64,000 nt of DNA. Source: Mizuhopecten yessoensis (lineage: Eukaryota). The translations under genes and the position numbers were made by a program. The notes under the pieces were generated by a model. It saw only the letters and a list, made by a program, of their open reading frames with translations. It was not told where the DNA came from and made no database searches. Shown piece by piece: positions 39,187-52,500 of the stretch. Location of the stretch: the NCBI RefSeq assembly GCF_002113885.1, contig NW_018408835.1, forward strand, positions 1 to 64,000, given 5' to 3'. The first letter of the stretch is position 1. Each line of letters opens with the position of its first letter.

Positions 39187-39944
39187 GCATAATACTCCAA
39201 TCTAGTCATTCCTTTGCCCCACTTTTATCAATCATTGAAATCATGTTTCACAAGGAAATTATTTTTGTTTGTTCAACTGGTTCTGTATATACTTTGGTAT
39301 AAAATAGCATATATATAAACTACTTGGTTTAAAACCATAAATGCGTTCATGGATGATAAGTCGCTGTCTGGTGCATTTAATTAAGTCCCGCAATGTATTT
39401 AGTATTACTGATCATGGTGAGTAGGCGCTTCTAACGATCAAACGACGTTCTTGAGAAATTACATTACGAGGCATTTGCATCGTTTTTGTTATTTTTCATA
39501 ATGAAATATATACATGTACTGTTATGTGTAAATTATGGAAACAAATTACTGATTGTACCCAGAATTGCATGTCAACACATTCAAATGTTGTTATTTTACC
39601 GAAATATTGTCTATATTGTAACATCATCTCGGAGCACAAGGTGGCAGTACCCAAATCGGATCGGTACCCAAATCGGATTACTTTTTGCAAAACTACTCAT
39701 AAAAAAATAAATGTGTCAACAAATCAGTTATAACAATGATGTAGTCTTAGAATAGATAGCCATGCACCATTTTATGACTACAGATAATTAGTTTTTTAAG
39801 TTCAAATAGCGCAAGAAAACGTAATTCAAACTCAAATGTCAATGTTTTGATTACGTTTTTAAAAAATGGCGCGTGCGACGACTATGCACTCTGTTTTGGA
39901 CTATAGCTAGCAATTCACACTATAGAAATACTTTTTGTCATATA

Positions 39945-40199
39945 NNNNNNNNNNNNNNNNNNNNNNNNNNNNNNNNNNNNNNNNNNNNNNNNNNNNNNNN
40001 NNNNNNNNNNNNNNNNNNNNNNNNNNNNNNNNNNNNNNNNNNNNNNNNNNNNNNNNNNNNNNNNNNNNNNNNNNNNNNNNNNNNNNNNNNNNNNNNNNNN
40101 NNNNNNNNNNNNNNNNNNNNNNNNNNNNNNNNNNNNNNNNNNNNNNNNNNNNNNNNNNNNNNNNNNNNNNNNNNNNNNNNNNNNNNNNNNNNNNNNNNN
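39945..40199. other. Assembly gap (255 N)
   Basis: Run of N. Confidence 1.
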
Positions 40200-40807
40200 G
40201 CTTATTAAAACGACTGTATTTTCAACAAATGGCAAATAAATTGACAATATTTATGGTTTACCTGCATAATTGTCTAGTAAAGATTGTGTGTGTCTCCAAC
40301 ACTTTGGATGATTGGGACGATTCAATATTGTAAAAGCATTTTCTTGTCATTACAAGCCTGCCATTTTATAGCAAACAGTTTCGTTCCGGAGCTTGAGTTC
40401 GAACTAAAGTCTGCTCTTGGGCAGTCTCAGCTTTTTGTGCTCAGCTTGAGGCGTTGAGCTGAGTTTTTAGTTTGTGATAACGAATTACGGACGCTGAGCT
40501 TGAGTTCTTGAGTTCGGACTCAAATCTCAGCTTAAGTACGTTTGTGATACCGAAGCCAGGTCCTTATATCGATGTTATATCTGTTTAGATAGAATATCTA
40601 TATTTAACGCCCTTATATGTGTGTTCATATTGGTCAATTGTTAGAATCAAGTGATCACGTGTGGTGCCATGATTTATATTCTATATTATCGTATGAATAG
40701 TCATATAACCGACGACACGACACTCCAAATTTGCAAATCTAAAAACCACTTCTTTTACTCTTAATTTCAACTGAAATTTAAATAAATTTAAATGGGACTT
40801 ATATCGC

Positions 40808-40892
40808 GTCTTTTCTCTCTTTTTCTCTCTGTCGACGGTGTCCCCTTAAGCACCGTTTGCCATATGACCTTCGCTGTTGCAAGAAAAATAAA
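40808..40892 (+). mobile_element. Unexpanded, diverged family-B element copy
   Basis: tcttttctctctgtcgacggtgtccccttaagcaccgtttgccatatgaccttcgctgttgcaag. Confidence 0.55.
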
Positions 40893-41028
40893 TCTTTTAC
40901 TGAATCATACAACGCATGGACAGGGTCAATAGTTTCCATATCCAAGTATTACAAATGCAATCCAAAGCGCTCTGTCCATCTGGTTGTCCTCGGTCAGCCC
41001 TACCTAGGTCCATCCCTATCCACTTCTG

Positions 41029-41199
41029 TTAGCCTCTGTTGACCGCGGGGAATATGATCCGGGACAAATCACCTTTGTACCGATCGGAAATAGCATTTCT
41101 GTAGTCAACAAGCGTTTCGTTTGATTTGATCTTGGGTAATTGGATCAGTGCCGTAAAGACACTTGGTAATATCTCTAAACTGATTTGCTTTGGCAGATC
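41029..41199 (-). pseudogene. C-terminal 56 codons of a paralog of the 53.3-kb gene
   Basis: DLPKQISLEILPSVFTALIQLPKIKSNETLVDYRNAISDRYKGDLSRIIFPAVNRG* aligns without gaps to 53274-53444 (32/56 identical) with the same TAA position. Confidence 0.6.
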
Positions 41200-43454
41200 T
41201 GTTCACCAAGACAGGTTGTGGCTACTTACTTGTGTTGAGCAAACCTCTTGATCAATATATAAGTAAACCACTTGATACGGTTGGTTGGTTGTTGTATAGG
41301 TTCAACGTCTTATCAACTCCTAAGGTCATCGCGCTACGCTTATGGTGACCCCTTTTAACCAATAGTCAGTACCTACAATAAACCACTTTTTTGTGTAGAC
41401 ACCATAAAATGCGGTTATTGATAATCGACTTTCTGAGTCATCCGTACACATAAAGACTATCAAAACCATCCGGTAGAAAACTTAATCACAATATGACTTT
41501 TCTGTTTTTATAACTCTGCTGACGTTATCCTCATGTTTAATTTGACGTACATGTTATATTTTTTATCACATGCTACCAACCATTACGCAGTACATCCTTT
41601 GTTTCTGTTAGCAATTTCTTGTCTAGTCGCCAGTGATTTAGCGCCATATCCCGTCATAACGCAAATTGCCTGTTTGGAAGTTTTTGCATTTTTTTTTATT
41701 TATCCAAAATTAAGTCGTTTCGTTCAATCTTCACTCTGGCTTTTAAACACTACATACGCAATTAATGCACTTTCGAATGTGTTGTCAATGTCTTGTATCG
41801 ATCGACAAGCTCTAATTAACGGGTTACGACCGTCTGTGTTTCAGCCAAATTTATGACGTTTCTATCTAGCAAGGGAGGTAATAAAACAGCGATAACTTCT
41901 TGTGTGTCCTTAACAACTCTGTGAATGTGCATATATAATCAAAGGGGCTAATATAACTCGAAACAGATTCTGTACAAGTTGCCCTCGTTTATCTGAACAC
42001 GTCCGTATTCAGCACATAACTTAACAATAACTTTCCAGGTGTACCTATCCTCTTTTACTGTAAATGTTAGGACGGGAGATTGTATCTGCCGTTGTCTCAC
42101 GCTAGGACATCAGCATACCGCCCCCGCTGCCTTTCGTACATGAAACAACTCTGTAATAAAAAGAAAACAAGAGAATGCCGAAGTGTCAACAAAACCATGT
42201 ATTAGAATAATAATAATAGGTGTTCCGAACGGGAAAGCGTCTTCTACTTCATCGATAGCACCAGCCATGTTAATCTAAGTCGAATCCAAGTAATGCCACG
42301 TCATCACAAAGTATGTCTGTATAACCCACATATGACGGCTCTAAATTATATATAGCAATTTAGTTAATGCGTAGATATGTGTCCTTGAGTTTGAGGACGT
42401 TTTCTGTTGTCAGGGGAGATAATAAATACAAAAGATGTCTGTCTGATAGGGCACCCGTCTGACATCGTTTCTATTCAACGAGTGAGATGATTAAACAACA
42501 CTTGTGTCCTACACCTTCCTGACACTGTTTCCATTTATCAAGGGAGGTAATAAAACAATGACAACAGTCTGCGATTCCTCTTACAACCCCAGACCAAGTT
42601 CCGATTACCAGGAGCGATGTAAGACACGGAAACACATCACAGACAAATGCTTCATTGCCTGTTCTCTAAAGCGCTACTTAGCTTGTGTTCAGTAAATTCT
42701 GCCGTGAAGTACCTTGGTCTGTACAGATAGTGATAAAAATGTGTTCGTTACACATATCCATTGATTTGTAGGTTTGATAAGTTTATTTCAATAGTCACTA
42801 AGATAATAAATTATTGGTTTTGTGTTCACAAAATTGGCAAATCAGCCCACGAATCATACCATAGTTAAATGAAAAAATTCCGCAGATGTTAGTTGGAAGT
42901 GTTGGTAATCTCTGTGCTGTCTATTTCTATAATTTGTCTTTCACTGAAAGACTTTAATTGCCGGATACATTAAAATCATATAAAAAACCGATCTGAATTA
43001 GAAATTCACATCCAACACTTCTACAGTAAGAATATATGTATAAGCAATACAAACGTTTTTGAAAGGTTGGGTAAATACACTGTACTTGTCATCTGTTTTG
43101 ATATCCAAGCCGTCATGCTTGGTGTGGTTTGCTTTTTGTATTGCTTTACAGCCCATCAACAACTGGAGTTACTTTGAAATAAACAACACTAAAAAACGTA
43201 AGCTTTTCAAAAAAGAGTGCAGAGAACTTAAACTAAAATGTTGAAATAAAAGGCTGCATTTGCTATTTTCCACTGCATGATTTGTAACAGGCTTATTAAG
43301 GAGAAATCTTTTGCAGAAGTGAGGATCTAGTCATGTATTAAGGAACTGGTAGGCTAATCAAACTAAATATATTGCACCCGTTGCGCGGGTTGAGTTTATT
43401 TTCTCCTCTTTTCTAATAATATACTTTGTTTCCTGTCGCTTTTTAAAAAAATTT

Positions 43455-43735
43455 GGTCGAGGTATCAAGCATCCTACTCTCTAAGGAAGGTTGTGGGTTC
43501 TTCCCCTTAATTAAGACTAACCAAAACCATGAAAATGCTACATATGTACCCACTGCTGTCTCCTTGATGAATGACGCTAGTACTATTCCGCTGTTTTCCA
43601 GTGTATTGTAACAAGACGACGTAATATTTCAGTGCGATTGCTCATTGTTAGACTGCTGAGTGGTCCATCATCGGTGGGCATCGTCTTCGTTTGACCTTAA
43701 CTGTTAACAAGAGGATATAAAACAACAATCAAACA
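43455..43735 (+). mobile_element. Old tRNA-headed SINE copy
   Basis: Head tggtcgagg...ggttgtgggttcttcccc; tail tgaccttaactgttaacaagaggatataaaacaacaatcaaac. Confidence 0.5.
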
Positions 43736-43879
43736 CGCGTAGCCTCGAAAATCTGTCTACTGCTAATGGGAAAACACGCTACCATGTCCAGATTATGACA
43801 TTTTGTGAGACGACAAATAAAAACGTAGTCCCCGTGGCTTCACCCCTCGACATTTGGTGTTTCATGGACACAAAACCCG

Positions 43880-44185
43880 AAAAAATAACCAAACTTCTAT
43901 CTATATTCATCGAACAACACGTTTTGTTTTGTTGCAGTGATACAACAATAATCCGTTTCACGCCATAGCGATGTGCTAAAAGTAGCTGGAAATGTACAGG
44001 TATTTGATATATTTGATGCATAAAATATATCGAAGGCTAAACGTATGTAACCCACTTTACATCAAATGATCATTTGCTAGTGTACATGATATCAATTAAA
44101 TTGTTTTTGAACTAGTCGGGCATGGTAGTTGCTGGTCACGCGTGTGAAGTATTTCAGACGTTTAATAGCCTCGAAATTGTCGCAT
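43880..44185 (-). pseudogene. Probable N-terminal half of a decayed paralog, possibly belonging with 41029-41199
   Basis: 13-mer ttcacgccatagc at 43957 is identical to 30379; ISCTL vs ASCII; DEYR vs EEYR; ttcgatatattttatgc vs ttccgatatctacctctgt. Confidence 0.35.
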
Positions 44186-44324
44186 GTCCCTAATATGTTC
44201 CGTATAAACGTATTTACAAATATATCACCTATTTAGCATGTGTTCTTGCGTTCAGACAGGGTAAGTGTTTGATTGGAACTAACGTTATCGCAACAGCGCG
44301 ATAATCGGGTACTGTGGCCAAAAT

Positions 44325-44529
44325 AACAGTATATTATGACAGGGCGGAATGCTGTGCTGGGTGTCTTCGGCATGGCATATCAGTGAGAAAGCACTATAAA
44401 GTCGGCATCATATCCGCGCTATCACAAAAAGGCAAGCACGCATACACAACACACATCAAGGCATGTTCTTAAATGACCGTAACGGTTTATAGGACGTTAA
44501 ACAAAAACTGAAGCAAAACCAGCCAAACA
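44325..44529 (+). mobile_element. Family-A SINE 3' half
   Basis: cttcggcatggcatatcagtgagaaagcactataaagtcggcatc...ataggacgttaaacaaa. Confidence 0.88.
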
Positions 44530-45817
44530 TTGTAACAAATGCTCACTCCTAAACATAGAAAGTTAATTGATAATGATATAAAAACACGATTGTCCAAGAA
44601 AACATAGCAAAATTAATATTTATGCAAGAATAAAATGCCCGCTTTAATGCAAAGTAAGCTGATTGTTTGATAAAAAAGGACAGTTATATCTTTGATTTCA
44701 GAAGAAAAAGAAAATCATTCGAGGTATTGTCACACTGACCTTTGTATAAATCATGATTAAAACCCCTTAAGATATGAAGTTGCCCGAGTGCTGTCATTGT
44801 AGGTGACCTAGTTGACAACATTATGTGGATAGTTAAGTTGAACTCTGAACCCTAAAATATATATTCTTTCAATAGAATATCTACCAGTATCTTCAGTAAT
44901 ACCCAATATATTTCACATGTGTTGCTAATATACTGTTAGAAATTCTGTTTATTACATTTTTTTTACGAAAACCTATCCCGGAACGCAAAACGGCACATCA
45001 AGCTGACAATACTTGACATAGATACTTTTACCACTAACATGTCTAGACAACCCTACGCGACAAAATAAAGTCCTCTCTGCAAAAAGGTTTATAAAATTTA
45101 AAACCTAATAATTAAATTCCTTTAGTGACTTGATTTTATTATTGAGGAACTTAAGTTCATATAATTTTGAAAAAATGGTGAGGAGTGGTGAAAATGCAGT
45201 ATTGTTTTGTCACCAATTATCATGATGATGAAATAACAACATCACCTATGTGAGTTATATACTTATAACGCTGGTTCTCTTATAATTTCCGCCTCTCGCT
45301 TAGCCTAACTTTGGACTTGGAGACGCTGACACCGTGTTTCATTTATCATGAGTTTTCTCCAATCAAATGGAATTATAGTTAGAGTTGCTGACCTGCAAAG
45401 TCTGTCCTTCTTGGACATGAAATTTAACTGCGGAATTAAACGTTGTGTTTCCCCCCATGGTAGTTTGTAATCAATGTTCTGATTGGTGAAATCAGCAAAA
45501 CTAATATTTTTCTTTACATTGTTTTTAAGAATGAATAACTTTCAATATTATACTGGTAAAAATGTAATACATCTCTTTTCGTAATTGACCTTTATATGAA
45601 GTTTTTTCGAAGTATGTAGGGTGTCCCATATTAGTAACTGCAGGTCGGGGAGTACGTAAGAGTGGGGTTAATGTGTGAATTCGCTGCAAAATTGGAGATT
45701 TGCCTCTGTCCTCTACTTGGGGACACAAAAGCGACCAAACTAAATCCGATGTACCCATCTTTGTACTTATCTCTACTTCAAACTACCTTTTATTTGAAAC
45801 ACAGCGCAATGCTCAGT

Positions 45818-45932
45818 TTTGGCTTTAATGTTGAACGTTCGCCCAGGTGAGAAAGGTATGGGATTATGACCCCCAGGCCGGGACATACCAAAGTATTTAA
45901 AACGGAATTGTAGTTGTTATTCACTGCTTAAG
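45818..45932 (+). mobile_element. Family-A SINE head
   Basis: ttggctttaatgttgaacgttcgcccaggtgagaaagg...ggccgggacataccaaag. Confidence 0.8.
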
Positions 45933-45984
45933 GTTATTTCCGAGCGCCGTGCTTGACAATACCAACAAATATGACAGTATTACC

Positions 45985-48720
45985 TTTACGTTCCGTCACA
46001 ATCCAGTTTGACATTAAGTCAAAATTGTTAAACTGCATCCTTGATAAATCATTATGACTGAAATATATTTCTAGTTTCAATAAACTGCAAAGCATTTATT
46101 CTACAAGATAATTTCATTGCATACTATATTGCCAGTTAAACTTGATACATGCTGTTTCCGTTAAGAGATATCTTCAACCTCGTCTTCAATATCGATGATG
46201 TTATCAGATATGTATCCATCATTTTCACTATCACGCTTGTCATGTGTAATAACCAAGACGTTTTAGTGATACAATCGATGTCTGAGGAACGCTTGATTCT
46301 TCTAATCTGATTGATGTATCGCGTCTTGTATTAACATATCCTCAATATGTCCCGAATCTTGTAGTTTTCAGATCTTCATGATCGACAGGAATACACTCAG
46401 ATATGATAAATCGCGGTAGAAGCAACATTTTGATAAAGTACAAAAGCTTGTATCCTGGATATCTTTGTTGGACGTCATATACCTGTATAAACGACAGTCA
46501 GCGAAAATTCACATAGGTCCTCGGACTTTGTAGATAGCCAGGCGTTTTGTCCGGACAAATTTATTCAAGATTGCGCGAAGCAGGATAGTGGATTTGTAGT
46601 TCCGCGCAATGAAAGAATATCATCTGCGACTTCAAAACAAATGGCAAGGTTCTCGTATCCAAATGTGATCATATCCCAGCGTTACGGCTTGTTTATATTC
46701 ATGTTCTGAAGACAGAAAGTTTTTGTACAACTAATTAATTCAACATATTTCAAAATGTATTCAGATGATTGTCATTGACAAGGTTTTGTTCAGGACATGA
46801 CATATTTCAAAGTCGATAGGTTAGAGTCATACCATTTTTACCAATGATATCATATCCCCATTATTGGTTCATCTCAAAGTCAGATTTGTTGACTGGGAAT
46901 ATCAAATAGGCTTTCGTTCGGTTACTCAAAGTACCAAACCTCCGTTTGCTTAGAAACGATGTTTTAACATGAAAAAAACCCCAAAGTGGTCCATTCTGAT
47001 TTCTGTGTGCGCAATAAGGGACTAATCTTCAGCAGGAGCCAGCTACTAGTCTAAAACACCATCCATCAAGTTGATGATAAAAAGGAGACCCGTAAGCCAC
47101 AGATAAATGCTAATATTCCGCACTCGATCATTGGAATTACTTGTAATACTATCGGAAGCTACAGCGGCCATTTTAATCCCAGACGTCGGTCTATAATATG
47201 GCATATAGCCCCCATGCTTCACACCCAGCCGTAGAACGGCCACCTGATACGCTGTATACAAGGGTGGTCTATTTCAATAATGTTTAGATTTGTAGACATG
47301 CAATCTTAATATGAAACTCTGCTTTGTTTTGATTAAACTGCAAATGTTCAAATTTCTTCTCAGAAAGTTACCTTGTTATCTGTCTTATTTCCTCTCTGTT
47401 TCAGGCGGTGTCTCCCTAGGCATATATCCTCCCATAACCTTGACCAAGCAAAAATGCAAACCTTGGTTTTGAAAGATGTCATTTTCCTAATTATTTTGAA
47501 ACGAACTAATCAATTATGAAATTAACACGTTTTCGAGCAAAGGAGAGACAAAGACGAACATCACATTATGTATTCATAATTGGGGATTTTCTTATGCTTC
47601 TTTTGCTAAGAGTTAATTAAAGACAGCAAAATGTACTTGCTCCCCCGTTTGCAACACTGATGTAAGCTCCCAAAGGGTTTGATGCTATATCGCTTGCTGT
47701 AACGTTTAAAATGATGGCATCGAGTATGTCATGAACTACAGTCTGATTGTGTAGCAAGTATTATAGTATCGCCACTGCCGTACATATTCCCTTGAGCAAT
47801 TCTATAGGAGGTAATCAACCAAGTGTAGAGTGAGTTCTTAGTCTGTCTCGATTATAATTGCCGGGATATATCTACACTCACGACAACGGCTTTCAAATTA
47901 TAAACTAGATGGATGGTTTGATAAATATTAACAAATCGATTCTATATTCCTCATTAAAGATAATCACTAAAACATTTATCTTTCGGTTTGATGCACATGG
48001 AAACCCCCTTCAGCTCTCAAGACTGATTTGTTATTCGCCAATTATTCAACATTGTGTACACAGCATAACTAGTTTCAACACAATAGGCATACATTATCAT
48101 CACCTTAGCATAAGAAAAGAACGCACAAATGTCTCTTTTCAACAATGTATCGCCAAATATAACGTGAATGCGATTATTTTTATTATTTGAAAACTGTTTA
48201 ACTGTGTTTTCCGCGCTATTTGTTTGTTTTGGATTTTGCGTATTTGGAGTAGCCAAGATAAAATGACGATGATGACGGAGCAAATCTGGAGCCGCTTCAA
48301 AGTGTCATTTCATTAAATAAGATAATCTATTATGCAAAATATTTGTATCTGTCAAAGTGTTTCCAATACTGTGTTTTGGCGTTTCCACAATACGTTTTTT
48401 GGTTCTGTTACAACGCTGAGTTCGTATTTAGTCAATCTATATTGCCGGTTTCATTTTTACTTGTATATGATCATGCTGCTGATGCATTGTTCTTTAGAAA
48501 TATCTGTAGTTAAACAAATACAAAAAATGTTATCTCGGAACAGAAACCATTCAGCAGGTCTCCTAAGTGGAGCTTCAGATATTTTGCAAGGACAAAGACA
48601 CGTTTTGACGGCACGCGTTTGTCAATATATAGATATGCATAAGGTGGTCCAATTTTTGCCTTTCCATTTTTCAAGTCGATTTTAACATTTAATGAGAAGC
48701 ATTATGTCATCAGGTCCCTA
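45985..48720 (-). pseudogene. Possible long decayed coding relic (STAND-NTPase/ankyrin-like flavour)
   Basis: High-complexity stretch with fragments QTRAVKTCL, VLKLVMLC, RDRLRT, LLHNQTVV and PLYTAYQVAVLRLGVKHG; no P-loop found; many stops. Confidence 0.22.
47385..47445 (+). mobile_element. Unexpanded family-B fragment
   Basis: tctgtttcaggcggtgtctccctaggc matches the reverse complement of the array-1 right junction (9041-9067) with one mismatch. Confidence 0.8.
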
Positions 48721-49355
48721 ACTAAAAACCATCAACAACAGATATGTGTAATATTGTTCGTCGTAATAACATTTTCTGTTTTTAAATTGGGTTTCGAAAA
48801 TACGCTTAAAGCAACAGATTCGGCAATTCTAACACGACAAAGTATTTATTTCAAATAATACAACGGTCATACAACTTTGCTATAGCACGGTCCACCTAGT
48901 TTAACATGTTATTTTAAAAATCATAAATTCATTACTTCTCGGTTTTCACCTCAATGCTGTCTGCAGTCTGAATGCTTTAAGCATTTGCGTTTGACATAAT
49001 TCAATGCAGCTGTACGTTTGTTTTATCTTTAATGCATTTAACTGTCACCACAACTCCTTGATATTTTACTGAATAACGTCTATCATCATCCGTATGGCTG
49101 TTTCTGCACTGAGGAAGATATCGAGGGATGCTAGTGAATAGTTCGGTATATATATCGACTTTGTATCAATATCAAAATTATTTTTACAATGCATGTACTT
49201 TACTTGCCATTCTTTTAACACATGAATAGCATAGCTTATACTGTTTGAAAGATTTATATAAGACGCAAAAGTGCCTTTTTTACTGAATACAGTACGCATG
49301 AAATGCATTATACTACATCATACAACTGTGTAAGGAGACAAAAACAAATTGGTGN

Positions 49356-49379
49356 GGGGGGGGGGGGGGGGGGGGGGGG
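49356..49379 (+). repeat. Poly-G tract (24 G) next to an ambiguous base
   Basis: n followed by a G run. Confidence 0.9.
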
Positions 49380-49848
49380 TAAATCTCTTTTTATTTTATT
49401 TCTGTAATATGAGTAGTAACTGGTTAATCTTATATAAAGGATACATTCCAAAAGTCATGTACCTCATAAATCGAGGTTTGGTTTGGAAGGTGTGAACATG
49501 AACAGGTTTTGGAAAACACGTGATTATTTTTTTATAATTTAAGAGACATGGTACTATTACAATACAAGATGAGTATAAGACACACACATGAAGTTGTACC
49601 TAAGAATATAGTAATTGAATCAATATATCAAACATGAATAACAATGCAGCACGATGCTTCGTCCACGTATGACTCATCGGCGAAAATCCTTATTTGTTTA
49701 ACTTTAAACTGTAAAGCACTGTTATTCAAGAGAAGGGGGGAGGTGCATACAATCCCTGAATTATAATAATTTCAAAACCCCAACGGACTTGTTCTTGGTT
49801 CATCTTTCCGACTCTGACAATGTTTGTATCGTGTGGACCTATCTGATC

Positions 49849-50057
49849 GTTTGGTTTGGTTTGTTTTACCCCCTATAAACAGCTATGGTCATTTCAGGAC
49901 GTGTCATGTTTTGATGGTGGAGGAAAGCCAAAATTTCTTGAGAAAAAACACTGACCTACGGCCAGTACCTAACGACTGCCCGCCGTGGGCCTCGAACCCG
50001 TGACCAAGTGGTGTAGGGCTAGTGCAGACGTTTAAACACTTGGTCAGCGCGGCCCCC
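49849..50057 (-). mobile_element. Full-length tRNA-headed V-domain-type SINE with the shared LINE-type tail
   Basis: Head ggggccgcgctgaccaagtg, B box gggttcgaggccc, body complement ggtggaggaaagcc...gagaaaaa, tail acgtcctgaaatgaccatagctgtttatagg. Confidence 0.8.
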
Positions 50058-50648
50058 TTTATATGATGGTATTGCGGTGAAAAAGAAATGTTTTGTTTGT
50101 TTTGATATTATTTTTTTTCATTTTTAATATTTCGAAGGCGGAAACTGTTCTATTCAGGTTAAGACAGATTTATGTGATGAATACTTGCTCACTTTTTACT
50201 GAACACTTTCCGTATCATCTACAATTTATTATTATATAAGTTTTAAATAGCTATTCGCATTATTTCTATAATTGATGGATTGTTGCCACAATTAACGCGA
50301 ACAAAGCTCGCAAAACATTCTTCGTAATATCCCCGATAGCTGTAATGAAAATCCATATAAAGAAAAAACGAATCATTAGATTAATTTATTTTAGAAACTT
50401 CATTGAAGAATTTGCATCGCTCACGCATGTTTTTATTGTTTAGTTAAAAGATGTATCAGCTCACGTTATAGTTACAAGAAAAGCATTATACATCCATTCT
50501 TATTACCAAATATTTTAGGCTTTCGCTTCATCACCGCACGTTGTTATTTTATTTATTCACTTATGGATATTATGACAATTAATATTATTTTATTTTCAGT
50601 AATTTGCCTGATACACACCGCTCTTAGATGTATTGAGAATTGACATTG

Positions 50649-50843
50649 TATTTCAGTGAGATAGCACTATAAAGTCGACATCAGATCAGCGCTATCACAA
50701 TGAGGCGAGCACACCAACATACCCTGTCTCCTGCATACACACACACACATGCACGCATACAAAACACACCACACATGGAGGTACGTCCTTAAATGACATT
50801 AGCTGTTTATACGACATTGAACAAAATTAAACCAAACCAAACC
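50649..50843 (+). mobile_element. Family-A SINE 3' half
   Basis: tttcagtgagatagcactataaagtcgacatcagatc...acgtccttaaatgacattagctgttt...accaaaccaaac. Confidence 0.88.
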
Positions 50844-51871
50844 CTGCACGTTCGTGGACAGAATGGACCTGCTTTATCCCAATGCATGCTGCCCAAGGCA
50901 TGCTATCTTAGTGGCAATTAGTTTGATGGACCTTTAAAAATCGGAGGTAGGGACAAAACAGATTGATGCGTTTGTTGCTTTGTGGTCATTGCATACACTA
51001 AATTTGATCTGTAGACTTCTTTGTAATACTTTGCATATACAGCGTATTTGTTTCCGTTTTTCTATTCTTTCCCTTCGTTGGTGTCAACCTTCGTATCTTT
51101 CAGTACATTGCCTTAGTTTCTGTCATGATATTTAACTCAAAACAAAAGCACAAAACATAATGCGTACTGTGTCCGGAAATATATAACAATGCGCAAGGTT
51201 GCACTATAGGTGTTCAGATGTTCAACAGACGGAAATAAATCACATTCAAGGTTGAAGAAAGTATCTGTTCATACTCAGAGGGCATTTAATGTGTTGTGAC
51301 ACACCAGGCTAGACATAGGGCTACATTAAATCTCGAAAAGCTGTTAAATTAGGGTGTTTACTGGTACAAACGTCGTATCAATCCTGAACAAACATTGATA
51401 ACGCATTAAATTTATGACTTTCCTTTTATCTTTTATTACAATAATTATTGCACAACATTGTCAGACATTTTCGTTTATTGTATTGTTGTCGTAGACGGTT
51501 CGTTATACACGGTTTTTCTTTAACTGTTTCCTTATATGAGCTCCATTTACGTGAAAGCAAATTATCCACTTAAGGTGTGAACGGATGTTTCGTCTAGCAA
51601 ATGGATATACCTTTTTACTTCACGATGGCCCTGTTGACTGGCATTGTTAGGCTTTGAAATGTAAATCAATAATACGCCGAAAGAAAAGATAGAATAATCG
51701 CAAAACACTACCTTAGGAACTTGCATGTAAGTAAATAAAGTAATGTATGATCAGAGCATGACCCATAAACATCTTGTCACACCCTTCAAAATACAAATTT
51801 ATTAATTATAACCTTAATGCTATCTTAGCAGTGTATACTGTATTCTGCATTGTTTGCCTATTATATACATT

Positions 51872-52220
51872 GGGACACGGTAGTCTAGTGGTAGGACGCC
51901 GGGCTCGTGAACGCACTGTTGCGGATTCAAGTCACATCACGGCACAGTGTTGTATCCTTGATCAAAATACTTTACACCACTTGTTTCAGTCTACTCAGCT
52001 GTAAATTAGTACGTGGTTTGGCAGTGCTAGAACTACTGAATGCTAGCTGTGAGCGCCGCAATAGCAGCACCAGCTGTATGCTCCCTATGGAGTTGAGAAA
52101 GATATTGGCAGGTTGCAAAGGCCCTATAACAACGGGTAATAAATTGGGAACCGCTTTGAGACGACCTACAAAATAAGTTATGATAAGCGGCATATAAGAA
52201 CCTCGAATTGTTATAATTTA
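51872..52220 (+). mobile_element. tRNA-derived CORE-type SINE with L2-like tail
   Basis: A box tagtctagtgg, B box-like gattcaagtc, CORE-like gtgttgtatccttg...actttac...cagtctactcagctgtaaat, tail cgctttgag...aagcggcatataagaac. Confidence 0.75.
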
Positions 52221-52386
52221 TGATCATATACGTCTTCAGATCATGTAATGGGCTAGCACAGGCTACGAATTATGTCTGTATTACGAAATAAACATTAGTA
52301 TGGAACCAAGGGACAATAGGTATTTTTAGTTTATGTAACAAAAGTTCACTCAGATAGGTTTGGTGTTATTGGGATTAGTGTACATC

Positions 52387-52500
52387 CATACAGACATACA
52401 CAACACACATGGAGGCACGTCCTTAGTTAAACAATATAAATCCAAACCTAACAGCTTCGGTCATCTAAGGACGTGCCACCATGTGTGTAGTGCATGCGTG
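52387..52500. repeat. Tail-to-tail inverted pair of family-A SINE ends
   Basis: acacacatggaggcacgtccttag (52403-26) / ctaaggacgtgccaccatgtgtgt (52465-88), 23/24 complementary. Confidence 0.85.

Larger units (their letters stand above)
37246..40562. mobile_element. Decayed PIF/Harbinger-like DNA transposon (~3.3 kb including gap)
   Basis: Perfect 23-bp terminal inverted match gacctggcttcggtatcacaaac / gtttgtgataccgaagccaggtc; subterminal ctcaagctca/cttaag repeats at both ends; faint transposase-like minus-strand peptides. The superfamily call is less certain than the element. Confidence 0.75.

Noticed and set aside
39873-40333. ORFs spanning the gap
   Set aside because: Artefacts of the N run.
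49355-49379. Functional G-quadruplex
   Set aside because: Homopolymer adjacent to an N; length unreliable and no contextual support.
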